From an uncultured Rikenella sp. (lineage in GTDB: Bacteria; Bacteroidota; Bacteroidia; Bacteroidales; VadinHA17), in assembly GCA_964470815.1 (NCBI GenBank), contig CAYYEH010000010.1, positions 1 through 56,684 of the forward strand: a stretch of DNA of 56,684 bases, in the 5' to 3' direction. Both the position numbers and the translations under genes were made by a program. This document shows, in pieces, positions 27,338 to 37,158 of this stretch. Every line of letters begins with the position of its first letter. Within the stretch, counting starts at the first letter, position 1. The notes under the pieces were generated by a model. It saw nothing but the letters and a program-made list of their open reading frames with translations. It did not search any database and was not told the DNA's origin.

Positions 27338-28360
27338 TTACTTCACCTCCCAGGTTGAGCCGCTATTCAGGAGGTCATCAACACTCCTTATCTGTGACTT
27401 CGCCTGTACCCTCTGATGCTGCTCAATCATTGCGGCGTCATAGGTCTGGGCATTGATTGCCCTGATAACGCCCAGTGCTATGGGGTATTCGGGAAGAGAC
27501 ATTCCGGCGAGCCGGTAGTGGATCCCCGGGTTGGGTTCGTGAGCATCATGGGTCAGTATATCATCTTCCGTGATGCCGTCTTCACCGATCTTAACCACCC
27601 TCAGTTTGAGGTCCTTGAGGATTATGCCCTTGTCGCGGTTCTTGCCGAAGATCATCTTCTGGCCATGGTGCAGGACAAGGGTATTGTCATCACGGGTCTC
27701 CTTGCTGGTAAATGCATCAAAGGCGCCGTCATTGAAGATGACGCAGTTCTGGATTACCTCAACGACGGCAGTGCCATGAAATTTTGCTGCCTCCTTGTAT
27801 ACCTCATTGGAGAGCTGCAGGTTATAGTCAACCGTGCGTGCAAAAAAGCGTCCGTTGGCTCCGATAGTAAGCTCACCTATCTTGAAAGGTTCCTCAATGG
27901 TACCGTAGGGTGATGTTTTGGTTGCAAGCCCTTTCTTGGAGGTTGGAGAATACTGTCCCTTGGTCAGGCCGTAAATTTCATTGTTGAAGAGTATTATCTT
28001 GATGTCAATATTACGTCTGATGGCGTGGATATAGTGGTTTCCGCCAATTGCCAGCGCGTCACCGTCGCCGGTCATCTCCCAGACCATCAGGTCAGGGTTG
28101 GCTATTTTGATCCCGGTGGCAATTGCTGCGGCCCTGCCGTGGATTCCGTGGAAACCGTAGGTATTCATATAGTAAGGGAGCCTTGAGGAGCATCCGATAC
28201 CTGATACGAACACATATTTTTCTCTTGGTATGTCAAGTTCTGCAAGTGTCTTCTGAAGTGAAGCCAGGATGCCATGGTCACCGCAACCCGGGCACCATCT
28301 CACTTCCTGGTCGCTCTTGAAGTCCTTAGCTACGTAGTGGTTTGTTATCGTTTCAGCCAT
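27338..28360 (-). CDS. korB: 2-oxoacid:ferredoxin oxidoreductase beta subunit
   Basis: WCPGCGD, SGIGCSSR, HGIHGRA, GDGD, NNEIYGLTKGQYSPT. Confidence 0.95.
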   Translation of the reverse strand: MAETITNHYVAKDFKSDQEVRWCPGCGDHGILASLQKTLAELDIPREKYVFVSGIGCSSRLPYYMNTYGFHGIHGRAAAIATGIKIANPDLMVWEMTGDGDALAIGGNHYIHAIRRNIDIKIILFNNEIYGLTKGQYSPTSKKGLATKTSPYGTIEEPFKIGELTIGANGRFFARTVDYNLQLSNEVYKEAAKFHGTAVVEVIQNCVIFNDGAFDAFTSKETRDDNTLVLHHGQKMIFGKNRDKGIILKDLKLRVVKIGEDGITEDDILTHDAHEPNPGIHYRLAGMSLPEYPIALGVIRAINAQTYDAAMIEQHQRVQAKSQIRSVDDLLNSGSTWEVK

Positions 28361-30206
28361 TTTTCTTACCCTTAAGCAGTTTAACACAATGATCCTTAAT
28401 CTCTTTGACGGTGAATGGAAGCCCCTGAATCTTGTTGTACTGGTAGTACGTAAACTTCTGGTGCTTCATCCTGAGGTAGTTTGCAAACTGGCCGTTATTC
28501 AGCTCGCATACCAGCAGCCTGTCAAATCCGGCAAACACTTTAGCGGTGTTTTTCGGGAGTGGCCTGATATAGTTGAAGACCACGGCTGACACACTGTATC
28601 CCTCCTGCTGCAGTTCAGTGACTGCAGTGGTGATTTGCCCGTAGGTACTCCCCCATCCTATCAGGAGCATGTCACCTGTTTTCTTTCCGAAGATCTTGAG
28701 GTCAGGTACATTTTTCACGATCCGTTCCACCTTTTCCTCCCGCATCCTGACCATGTACTCATGGTTTTCAGGTGTGTATGAAACGCTTCCCTTTATTGTT
28801 TTCTCAAGTCCACCGACACGGTGTTCCAGCCCTGGGGTGCCGGGGATGGCCCATTTGCGTACGAGTGTTTCAGGATCTCTCTCATACGCAAGATATTCCT
28901 TGTCGGATTTCACTGCATACGGAACTGAAATGTCAGGCAGATCCTTCATTGCTGGGATCTTCCATGGCTCAGAACCGTTTGCCAGGTAACTGTCAGTCAG
29001 GAGTAACACGGGTGTCATGTGCTCAACGGCAATTTTTGCTGCTTCAAAAGCGAACCTGAAGCAGTCAGAAGGGGTGCCGGCTGCAATTACCGGGACGGGG
29101 CTCTCTCCGTTTCGGCCGTAGAGGGCCTGCCACAGGTCAGCCTGTTCGGTCTTGGTCGGCAGCCCTGTTGAGGGACCGCCTCTCTGGACATCGACAACCA
29201 CCAGGGGCAGCTCTGTCATTACGGCCAGGTTCAGTGCTTCCGACTTGAGTGCAAGTCCAGGTCCTGATGTGGTTGTCACAGCCATTCTCCCGGTGAAGCT
29301 GGCACCGATGGCGGTGCAGATACCGGCTATTTCATCCTCTGCCTGGAGACTCTTTACCCCCATATCCTTTCTAAGCGCAAGCTCCTCGAGTATACCGGTG
29401 GCCGGTGTGATGGGATATGAACCGATGAAGAGCTTAAGCCCGGCCTTCTCGGCTGCGGCAAGCACACCCCATGCAGTGGCCTGGTTGCCGTTGATGTTAC
29501 GATAGGTACCCTTTGCGATCGGGGCAGGGCCTACCCTGTAGGAAGGGGTAAGAGCTTCAATGGTCTCGCCGTAATAGTAACCTGCCCTGAGCACTTTGCT
29601 GTTGGCTTCGGCCACCTGTGGCTTCTTGCCGAACTTGTCATCAATGAAATCCTCGGTGTACTTCAGCTGGCTGTCAAAAAGCCAGTAAACCATCCCGAGT
29701 GCAAACATATTCTTCGTTCTCAGGACAGTTTTGGGATCGAGGTCCATGTCCTTCAACGCCTCCTTCACAAGTGTGGTTATAGGGGCAGCAATGAGGTTCA
29801 TCGAGTCAAGCTTGTCCTCGGCAAACGGGTCAGCCTTGTAGCCAGCCCTCTGTATCTGTTTCTCAGTGAAGTTGTCAGAGTCATAAATGATGGTCGAACC
29901 TTTCCTGAGCCACCTGGCATTTGCACGAACAGCTGCAGGATTCATTGCCACAAGAATGTCGGTGAAATCACCCGGAGTGTTAATCAGCTTATGACCTATG
30001 TGTACCTGGAAACCGGAGACACCACCTACGGTGCCCTGCGGAGCCCTTATCTCTGCAGGATAATCCGGAAAGGTGGATATGTCATGTCCGAACAGGGCTG
30101 ACGTGTTGGAGAAGAGGGTGCCTGTAAGCTGCATCCCGTCTCCTGAGTCGCCTGAGAACCTGATCACCACTGCATCCTTCTCAATGACCTTTGATCTTTT
30201 TCCCAT
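28353..30206 (-). CDS. korA: 2-oxoacid:ferredoxin oxidoreductase alpha subunit
   Basis: GDSGDGMQL, YPAEIR, YPITPA, QAEDEIA, TSGPG, QRGGPSTGLPT. Confidence 0.95.
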   Translation of the reverse strand: MGKRSKVIEKDAVVIRFSGDSGDGMQLTGTLFSNTSALFGHDISTFPDYPAEIRAPQGTVGGVSGFQVHIGHKLINTPGDFTDILVAMNPAAVRANARWLRKGSTIIYDSDNFTEKQIQRAGYKADPFAEDKLDSMNLIAAPITTLVKEALKDMDLDPKTVLRTKNMFALGMVYWLFDSQLKYTEDFIDDKFGKKPQVAEANSKVLRAGYYYGETIEALTPSYRVGPAPIAKGTYRNINGNQATAWGVLAAAEKAGLKLFIGSYPITPATGILEELALRKDMGVKSLQAEDEIAGICTAIGASFTGRMAVTTTSGPGLALKSEALNLAVMTELPLVVVDVQRGGPSTGLPTKTEQADLWQALYGRNGESPVPVIAAGTPSDCFRFAFEAAKIAVEHMTPVLLLTDSYLANGSEPWKIPAMKDLPDISVPYAVKSDKEYLAYERDPETLVRKWAIPGTPGLEHRVGGLEKTIKGSVSYTPENHEYMVRMREEKVERIVKNVPDLKIFGKKTGDMLLIGWGSTYGQITTAVTELQQEGYSVSAVVFNYIRPLPKNTAKVFAGFDRLLVCELNNGQFANYLRMKHQKFTYYQYNKIQGLPFTVKEIKDHCVKLLKGKKNG

Positions 30207-30271
30207 GATGATTGAAACGTATTTGATTTTAAGTGAAAACCTGTTTTAAGAAGTAACCTTAAATGATGAAG

Positions 30272-30329
30272 CTAAGTTCACCATAAAACTGATATAACTG
30301 TATGATTTTGGTCATGTTTGACATGACCA
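30272..30329 (-). promoter_or_regulatory. korAB promoter region with Crp/Fnr-like box and overlapping perfect palindrome
   Basis: TGACCAAAATCA (30314-30303), then 23 nt, then the -7-like GAACTTAG (30279-72). TGGTCATGT-ttg-ACATGACCA spans 30309-30329. Confidence 0.55.
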
Positions 30330-30408
30330 TGCAAATAACACAAAAAGAGCAGCATATACCGGTATTCCTTTCGCTCCTGCAGATATCCGGAATGCTCTTC
30401 AGGAGGTT

Positions 30409-31215
30409 TCACGACCAGATATCAGCCTTTGTCAGGTTTATGGAGCTCTCGAAAAACATCCGTGCTATCTTCTCGAAGTAGTCGGTATAGTCAGAGACGA
30501 AGAAGAGATCCTCTCCTGCCGCTCCCCTGTTTACCAGGTTATGTTTCTCAAGCACCTCCCTGAGCCTGACAGCCACGATGCGTGCCGAGTCAACCACTTC
30601 AACGTTGAAATTGAAGAATTTACTGATCTGGTTACGGATAATCGGGTAGTGTGTGCACCCCAGGATAAGTGCATCGATATTGTTCAGACGGGGATCAGAT
30701 AGATAGGTGCGGACGATGGCATTGGAGATGTCATCAAAGATGAAACCCTCCTCTATCATGGGCACCAGCAGCGGCGTTGCCAGTGAGGCAATTGCGGTCG
30801 AGGGGGCTGCCTCATGAAGCTTTTTCTCATATGTGCCGGAACTGATGGTGCGTTTGGTTCCGATAACACCCAGCCTGGAGTAGTGCCTGGATGAGCAGTA
30901 TTCGACTACCGGGTTTATGACATCGAGTATAATGACCCTGTCACCGTATTCCGCTAGCAGCGCCTCGTATGCAGATGCTGATGCCGAATTACAGGCAACA
31001 AGGACCAGCTTTGCATCATAACCCAGAAGGAATTCGGTGATCTTTCTTGAATAGCCCCTGATGGCCTCCTCCGACTTGTCACCGTATGGCAGGTGTGCGG
31101 TATCACCGAAGTAAACAATACGTTCGCCGGGAAGGATCTGGCGGATGGCCTGTGCCACCGTCAATCCTCCCACACCTGAGTCAAATACCCCGATAGGACG
31201 GTTGCTTGCTTCCAT
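30409..31215 (-). CDS. murI: Glutamate racemase
   Basis: FDSGVGGLTV, GDTAHLPYG, ACNSAS, LGCTHYP. Confidence 0.97.
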   Translation of the reverse strand: MEASNRPIGVFDSGVGGLTVAQAIRQILPGERIVYFGDTAHLPYGDKSEEAIRGYSRKITEFLLGYDAKLVLVACNSASASAYEALLAEYGDRVIILDVINPVVEYCSSRHYSRLGVIGTKRTISSGTYEKKLHEAAPSTAIASLATPLLVPMIEEGFIFDDISNAIVRTYLSDPRLNNIDALILGCTHYPIIRNQISKFFNFNVEVVDSARIVAVRLREVLEKHNLVNRGAAGEDLFFVSDYTDYFEKIARMFFESSINLTKADIWS

Positions 31216-31231
31216 AATGGTCTGATGTAAG

Positions 31232-31255
31232 ACTGCCCGCCGGAAGGCGGGCAGT
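31232..31255. terminator. GC-rich hairpin between skp and murI (terminator or stabiliser)
   Basis: Perfect 10-bp stem ACTGCCCGCC/GGCGGGCAGT, without a clear U-tract. Confidence 0.5.
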
Positions 31256-31269
31256 GCTGTTTATCCATT

Positions 31270-31785
31270 TTATTGCTTTGTTCCCAGCTTCGTCTTTACC
31301 AGAGGACTGATGTCCGTGCTCTTTACGGTGTCTACATAGACAAGGGTACGTACATCATAGATATAGATGTAACCGCCCTCCTTTGCAACGGCATTGATGG
31401 CATTGGTAGCCTTCTCAATGATAGGGTTAAGTAACTCCGCCTGCTTATCCTGCAATTGAACCTGTGCCTGCTGCTGGAAGTTGTTGATGCGGTTCTGCAT
31501 GTCAGCCAGCTCCTGCTCCTTGTTGGCCTTCACCAGGTCAGTGAGGTTCTTGCTGTCCTTCACATACTGGTCAAGCTTGTTGTTGTACTCAACCTGCATC
31601 AGTTCCAAAGCATTTGTCAGCTCCTGCCCGAATGCATTGTATTTCTTCATTGCTGAGTCATAGTCAGGCATCGTCATGATGATTTCATCGCGGTTGATGT
31701 GGCCTGTCTTGAACGACTGCGCAAATCCATCCTGTGCCGTGAAAACCAGTACAGCAAACAGGAGTATCCCAAACACTTTCTTCAT
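31270..31785 (-). CDS. OmpH/Skp chaperone
   Basis: Signal peptide, KTGHIN, helical body, AVAKEGGY.YIYD, DI..LVK.KLG. Confidence 0.9.
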   Translation of the reverse strand: MKKVFGILLFAVLVFTAQDGFAQSFKTGHINRDEIIMTMPDYDSAMKKYNAFGQELTNALELMQVEYNNKLDQYVKDSKNLTDLVKANKEQELADMQNRINNFQQQAQVQLQDKQAELLNPIIEKATNAINAVAKEGGYIYIYDVRTLVYVDTVKSTDISPLVKTKLGTKQ

Positions 31786-31824
31786 TGTCTTGTTTTTCAA
31801 AATTTAACGTGCAAATGTAATTAT

Positions 31825-32349
31825 TTAATTCTTATAACCCAGTTTCTGGAGAACCTGGTCGGAGAGATCATATCTCGGGTTTGCAAACAGGATATTTGAA
31901 CCTGCCGAGGTATCAAATATCACTGCATAGCTTCCTTCAACGGATATCTCCTTGATAGCCTTCAGGATCTCATCCTGTATCGGTTTTACCAGTTCCTCCC
32001 GTTTCTTGTAGAGTTCTCCTTCCATTCCGAAATACCTGTTCTGGAGATCCTTCACCTCTTTTTCACGTGCAATGATTGCTTCCTCTCTCTTTTTCTTCTG
32101 ATCCGGTGAGAGGATCACCACCTCTGCCTGGTAATCCTTATACAACTGCTCCACCTGTGCATAGCCGTCAGCCACTTCCTTCTCCCAGCCCTGGGATAGT
32201 TTGTCAAGCTGCTGCTGTGCTGCAGTGAATGCAGGTATATTATTTCTGATGTATTCGCTGTCAACAAAGGCGAATTTCTGGGATGCGCCTGTCAGTGTGG
32301 CTGCAAGCACCAGGAGTGTCATGACTGTGATCTTCTTCATAGCTGTCAT
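31825..32349 (-). CDS. OmpH/Skp chaperone
   Basis: QKFAFVDSEYI, LVKPIQDEI, YDLSDQVLQKLGY. Confidence 0.9.
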   Translation of the reverse strand: MTAMKKITVMTLLVLAATLTGASQKFAFVDSEYIRNNIPAFTAAQQQLDKLSQGWEKEVADGYAQVEQLYKDYQAEVVILSPDQKKKREEAIIAREKEVKDLQNRYFGMEGELYKKREELVKPIQDEILKAIKEISVEGSYAVIFDTSAGSNILFANPRYDLSDQVLQKLGYKN

Positions 32350-32363
32350 TTTTTGTTTTTTTC

Positions 32364-34883
32364 TCAGAATTGCTGTCCTATCACGAAGTGGAACTGGCTT
32401 CCGGAGTCCTCAGGTGATCCGTATACCGGTGAGTCAAATCCGTATCCCCAGTCTATCCCGAGGAGTCCGAACATCGGGAGGTTAGCCCTGAGGCCTATTC
32501 CTGCCGAGCGGTTCATTCTGAACGGGTTGTAATCCTTTATGTCATACCATGCCCTTCCTGCCTCGAGGAATGCCAGGCCGTAGATGGTTGCCTGCGGGTT
32601 AAGTGAGATGGGATACCTGAGTTCAAGGGTGAGCTTGGAATAAACGTTGCCTGACTCCACCCTCCTGGTTGACCCGTTTTCGGTCTTGTCAATCCTGGGA
32701 GTCAGCGAGCCGTTGGTATAACCCCTGAGGGCTATGACCTCGCGCCCGTAGAAGCTGTATCCGGTCATGCCGTCACCTCCAACGTAGAAGTTCTCAAATG
32801 GTGAAGGGCCTATGTCCCTGTTGTAGAAGCCGAGGTAGCCGAAGGCTGCTTTTGCATTGAGGATCAGCTTCTGCTGGTTGTCAAGCGGAAGGAAATAATC
32901 AGCTTTGAAGACAGCCTTGTAAAACTCTATCCATTTGTATTTTTCCTCGTCGGGAATACCTGCCATATTTTTCCCGCTGAGAGCCGAATATGGCGGGGTT
33001 GCCTGGAGTGAAAGCGAGAAGGTTGAGCCCGTCCGCGGGAATATGGTGTTCGGCCCTGCCGAGAATCTTGTCAGTCTTGCGCTGAGGGAAGCAAGGTTGG
33101 CAGTTCCGTTCGTAAACAGGAACTGGTAATAGCTGTATTTATTAAGGCTGTACCTCTGGTAGCTTGCTTCATAATAAACGGAGAAATAGTTATCTGGCCA
33201 CTCAAGCCGCTTGCCGAATCCCACTGAGGCTCCGTCAATGATCATTGACTGCCTGTCATCTTCGCCCTTTTTGGAGCCGTTGGTCATGAGTGAACGGAAA
33301 GCAGAAATTGAAAGGGTGTTGGGTTTCTTTCCGCCGAGCCATGGTTCGATGAATGAAATATTGTAAGACTGGTACACGCGGCCGTTTGACTGTGCCCTTA
33401 TCTGCAGTGACTGTCCGTCACCGGAAGGATATGGTCTCCACTCATTCCACTTGAAGAAGTTGCGCATGGCGAAGTTGTTGAACCTCACCCCCACCGTTCC
33501 CACGAGCATGCCTGCGCCCCAGCCGCCGGAGATTTCGAACTGGTCATTGGCCTTCTCCTCCAGGGCATACAACAGGTCAACCGTACCGTCAACCTGGTTA
33601 AGAAGTGGCTGCGGATTGATCTTTTCAGGGTCAAAATGGCCAAGCACAGCAACCTGCCTGGCAGACCGTATCAGGTTCTCCTTGCTGAACAGGTCACCCG
33701 GCATCGTGAAGAGCTCACGCCGTGCGACATGCTCATTTGTGCGGGTGTTGCCGCTGATAATAACATTATTGAGAGTGGCGGGGTCACCTTCAAAAATACG
33801 CACCTCAAGATCAATTGAGTCACCTTCAATCTTCTTCTCAACAGGGGTCAGCCTTGAGAAGAGGTAACCATAATTGAGATAGAGTGAGCTAACGGCATCA
33901 TCGTCAACGTTGAGCCTCTTGTCAATCATGGTCTGGTTATAGATCTCACCCGAAGGAAAGTTAAAGACCCGGGTAAGCTGATCCTTGGTATAGATGCTGT
34001 TGCCCACCCAGTCTACATTTCTGAGGTAGTACTGGTTACCCTCGTTGATCTTCACCACCAGCACCATTTTGCCGTCTTCCAGCGCGTAGGTGGAGTCACC
34101 CAGAATGCGGAAATCACGGAAACCGTTTTCGTTGTAAAACTCCACCAGGCTGTTGCGGTCCTCCTTAAACTTATCCTCAATGAATTTGGATCCCTTGAAG
34201 ATATTCAGGTCCTTCTGTTTGGTGTTCTTCATAACACGGCGCAGCCGCCTGGTCTCGAAGAAGTCATTGCCCATAAACTGAATTTCTTCAATCCTGACTT
34301 TTTCGTTTTTGCTGATGATGAAGTTCAGAATCACGTTATTGGGCATATCTGGGTCATCTTTCTGTATGACATCAACGCCCACGTTCAGGAATCCCTTCTC
34401 AATATAGTGGTCCTTTATGGTGCGTTCGGCCCTGTTAAGCAGGTGGGCGGTAACCTGGGATCCTCCGGGGAGGCTTAGTTTCTCTATCAGGTCGGTCTCT
34501 TCAGATTTTCTTATGCCTTCAAACCTGAGTGATGAGAGACGGGGTCTTTCCTGGAGGTAAATGTCAAGCCATATGTTTTCTCTCTCCTTTCCGGTAATGG
34601 TGATCTTCACGTCGGAGAAAAGCCCCTGGTCCCACAGCTTTCTGACGGCAGCGGTGATCACCTCTCCGGGAATCTCCACTTTCTGGCCGATTCTGAGGCC
34701 TGAGATGCCGATAAGGGCATTGGGTTCAAGGAACTTCACCCCTGAAATGGTAATTCCGGCAATGGTATAATCGTCGGGGTATAGATAATTTACATATTTG
34801 TCCTCTGTCTGGGCTGTGGCAAACAGCCCTGTCAGGAGCAAGGCAAAAAGGGAGATTATCCGCATAGATTTCATTTTCATCAT
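32364..34883 (-). CDS. bamA: Outer membrane protein assembly factor
   Basis: POTRA repeats, GNTRTNEHVARREL, LRGY and C-terminal FHFVIGQQF. Confidence 0.95.
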   Translation of the reverse strand: MMKMKSMRIISLFALLLTGLFATAQTEDKYVNYLYPDDYTIAGITISGVKFLEPNALIGISGLRIGQKVEIPGEVITAAVRKLWDQGLFSDVKITITGKERENIWLDIYLQERPRLSSLRFEGIRKSEETDLIEKLSLPGGSQVTAHLLNRAERTIKDHYIEKGFLNVGVDVIQKDDPDMPNNVILNFIISKNEKVRIEEIQFMGNDFFETRRLRRVMKNTKQKDLNIFKGSKFIEDKFKEDRNSLVEFYNENGFRDFRILGDSTYALEDGKMVLVVKINEGNQYYLRNVDWVGNSIYTKDQLTRVFNFPSGEIYNQTMIDKRLNVDDDAVSSLYLNYGYLFSRLTPVEKKIEGDSIDLEVRIFEGDPATLNNVIISGNTRTNEHVARRELFTMPGDLFSKENLIRSARQVAVLGHFDPEKINPQPLLNQVDGTVDLLYALEEKANDQFEISGGWGAGMLVGTVGVRFNNFAMRNFFKWNEWRPYPSGDGQSLQIRAQSNGRVYQSYNISFIEPWLGGKKPNTLSISAFRSLMTNGSKKGEDDRQSMIIDGASVGFGKRLEWPDNYFSVYYEASYQRYSLNKYSYYQFLFTNGTANLASLSARLTRFSAGPNTIFPRTGSTFSLSLQATPPYSALSGKNMAGIPDEEKYKWIEFYKAVFKADYFLPLDNQQKLILNAKAAFGYLGFYNRDIGPSPFENFYVGGDGMTGYSFYGREVIALRGYTNGSLTPRIDKTENGSTRRVESGNVYSKLTLELRYPISLNPQATIYGLAFLEAGRAWYDIKDYNPFRMNRSAGIGLRANLPMFGLLGIDWGYGFDSPVYGSPEDSGSQFHFVIGQQF

Positions 34884-34884
34884 C

Positions 34885-35634
34885 TCAACTGTTATCAGCT
34901 ATCTGTTCGCTGGTCTTACCATATCTCCTTTCCCTTTTCTGGAAGTCTGCCACTGCTTTGTAAAAGTCCTCCTTACCAAAATCGGGCCAAAGTTTTTCCG
35001 TGAAATAGAGTTCAGTATATGCAAGTTGCCAGAGGAGGAAGTTGCTGATTCGCTTTTCTCCGCTGGTTCGTATCATCAGTTCGGGATCAGGGATGTGGGA
35101 GGTGGTAAGGCTGTCACTAACCGTCTGTTCATTTATCTGATCGAGGTTTAACCTTCCCTCTTTCACAGCCACGGCTATCCGGCGGCATGCTTCGGATATT
35201 TCCCATCGTGATGAATAGCTCAGGGCTACGACGAGGGTCATATGTGTGCCTTCGGAGGTGACCTTCATGGTCTCATAAAGCCTGTTCCTGACATTCTCAG
35301 AGAGTCGTGACAGGTCTCCAATAACCCTGAGGGATATCTTTTTCTCAACGAGTGTATGTGTTTCGTTATTGATAGATTCGACCATCAGGTCCATGAGGGC
35401 GGAGACCTCCTCGTCAGGCCTGTTCCAGTTCTCTGTGGAGAAGGCATAGAGGGTAAGGAATTTTATTCCCAGTTCAGCTGCAGCCTCGACGGTTTTGCGA
35501 ACAGCTTTCACTCCCTGGTGATGTCCGAAGATGCGTTCCCTTCCCCTTTTGTGTGCCCAGCGGCCGTTGCCGTCCATAATGACAGCCACATGCCCTGGCA
35601 GCCTGCTCATATCTATCTGGTCCTTAAATGTCAA
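34885..35634 (-). CDS. uppS: Undecaprenyl diphosphate synthase
   Basis: HVAVIMDGNGRWA, YAFSTENW.RP, IRTSGEKRISNFLLWQ. Confidence 0.97.
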   Translation of the reverse strand: MTFKDQIDMSRLPGHVAVIMDGNGRWAHKRGRERIFGHHQGVKAVRKTVEAAAELGIKFLTLYAFSTENWNRPDEEVSALMDLMVESINNETHTLVEKKISLRVIGDLSRLSENVRNRLYETMKVTSEGTHMTLVVALSYSSRWEISEACRRIAVAVKEGRLNLDQINEQTVSDSLTTSHIPDPELMIRTSGEKRISNFLLWQLAYTELYFTEKLWPDFGKEDFYKAVADFQKRERRYGKTSEQIADNS

Positions 35635-35636
35635 TG

Positions 35637-36296
35637 TTATCTCCTCTTTCTTTTTTTATCTTTTCCCATCTCTGCAAAAGCAGGACAGCCTGCAAGCTTG
35701 TTGTACATCTTCCATGTAACTGAAACACCCATGAAGCTGTACCAGTCGTTATTGTGGATTTTTGATTGATCCACCGGTTCACCTCCGGGGTCGGTTATTT
35801 GGTAAAGACCGTCCAGTTTGTCGGTAAATGTCTTGCGGAATCCATATTCGATCTCAACGCCAACCTGGTTTGCCACGTTAACCTTGAAACCGGCAGAGAA
35901 TGGAACGGAGAGGAAGGGGCCGGCCTGAGTCATCGCCGAAAGGGCAGCGCCTCCGGCGATATAAGGTGTATAGTCTACACGCCTGCTCCTGAATGTCGAG
36001 TACGGGAAGAAGTTGAATTCATAGGTTGCACCCAGTTCACCGAGGAAAGAGCCGAGCGGAGTCATGTAGCCTCCGATAAAGTTGGCTCTCACTGCCTGCC
36101 TGGGGTTGAAGTTGTACCTGTAAAAGAACTGGGCGGCAGGACCGGGTTTGAAGAATACGTTGAGAGGGTTTTCCTCGCCAATATAGTTTATAATGCCGGC
36201 GGAGACTCCGTAGTCAGCGCTGCGCTGTGGCAGGGCAGGCAGTGTGACGGCAGCGAGAGCAAGTATTGCAATAATCCTTCTCATTTCTCCTGTCAT
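35637..36296 (-). CDS. DUF6089-like outer membrane beta-barrel protein
   Basis: NYIGE, RYNFNPR, YGFRKTFTDKLDG, NNDWYSF and conserved position upstream of uppS. Confidence 0.75.
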   Translation of the reverse strand: MTGEMRRIIAILALAAVTLPALPQRSADYGVSAGIINYIGEENPLNVFFKPGPAAQFFYRYNFNPRQAVRANFIGGYMTPLGSFLGELGATYEFNFFPYSTFRSRRVDYTPYIAGGAALSAMTQAGPFLSVPFSAGFKVNVANQVGVEIEYGFRKTFTDKLDGLYQITDPGGEPVDQSKIHNNDWYSFMGVSVTWKMYNKLAGCPAFAEMGKDKKRKRR

Positions 36297-37084
36297 TGCC
36301 TCCTGAATCTGAATGAGGGAAGGCCGCTTGATGCCGTCCTGATACGGTAGTTAACGGTAACGCTGAATGTATGGTAGACATCGTTTCTTTTCGAAAACCG
36401 TGATGTATACCCGTCAAGATAATCTGAAAGGGCATATCTGCCGGTAAACTCCACCCCCATGAGGAGGTTTGGATCAAAGGCCACCTTGGCTCCTATCCCA
36501 AGAGGTATAACCGCAGTGAATCCCTTTGTCTTAAGTGTCGGGTCATTATCCCATCTCTCCTGGATCCTGTCGTTGCCGTAGAAAACATTGTACCCTGCAC
36601 CGCCGATACCTGTGAGGGCATAAACGTCAACACTCCTGAAGAAGTCACTGAGCCTGTTGGCCCGTCTGTACCGGTAAGTCTGGAAAAGGAAGCTGTTACG
36701 TTCACGGTTCCTCACGAAATAATATTCTCCGAAAAGTGCAGGCTCATAGATGAATGAACTTGTTTCATAGAGTCTTCCATCGCTGTTTGAACCTCTTGCA
36801 TCATCGGCATGTGTCATCGCGAAGGTAAAGGAAAGCCTGCCGGCGATATTGTCAGTAAAGAAGTACCTGAATGAGGTGTTGACGCTGAAACGGGTCTGCT
36901 TAAAAGTTATGTCCTTTAAACCCAGGGCATTCTCACCGATTGTAAAGCCTCCGATGTCACCGTAGAATTGTGATGTTCCAATGGCTGCCATGGCTTCATA
37001 TCTTTTCATCTTCCACAGCTGGCCTGATACGAACGGCGCCGTCATCAGCACCATCATACACATCACTATCAGACGCTTAACCAT
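36293..37084 (-). CDS. DUF6089-like outer membrane beta-barrel protein (paralogue)
   Basis: FYGDIG, SDYLDG, NDVYH.FS..VNYR. Confidence 0.7.
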   Translation of the reverse strand: MVKRLIVMCMMVLMTAPFVSGQLWKMKRYEAMAAIGTSQFYGDIGGFTIGENALGLKDITFKQTRFSVNTSFRYFFTDNIAGRLSFTFAMTHADDARGSNSDGRLYETSSFIYEPALFGEYYFVRNRERNSFLFQTYRYRRANRLSDFFRSVDVYALTGIGGAGYNVFYGNDRIQERWDNDPTLKTKGFTAVIPLGIGAKVAFDPNLLMGVEFTGRYALSDYLDGYTSRFSKRNDVYHTFSVTVNYRIRTASSGLPSFRFRRQ

Positions 37085-37158
37085 CAGTCACATTGCAATT
37101 GCGGCTACAAATATAAGGAATGTATAATATTAAAAACTTAAATATTCCTTAATTATTG

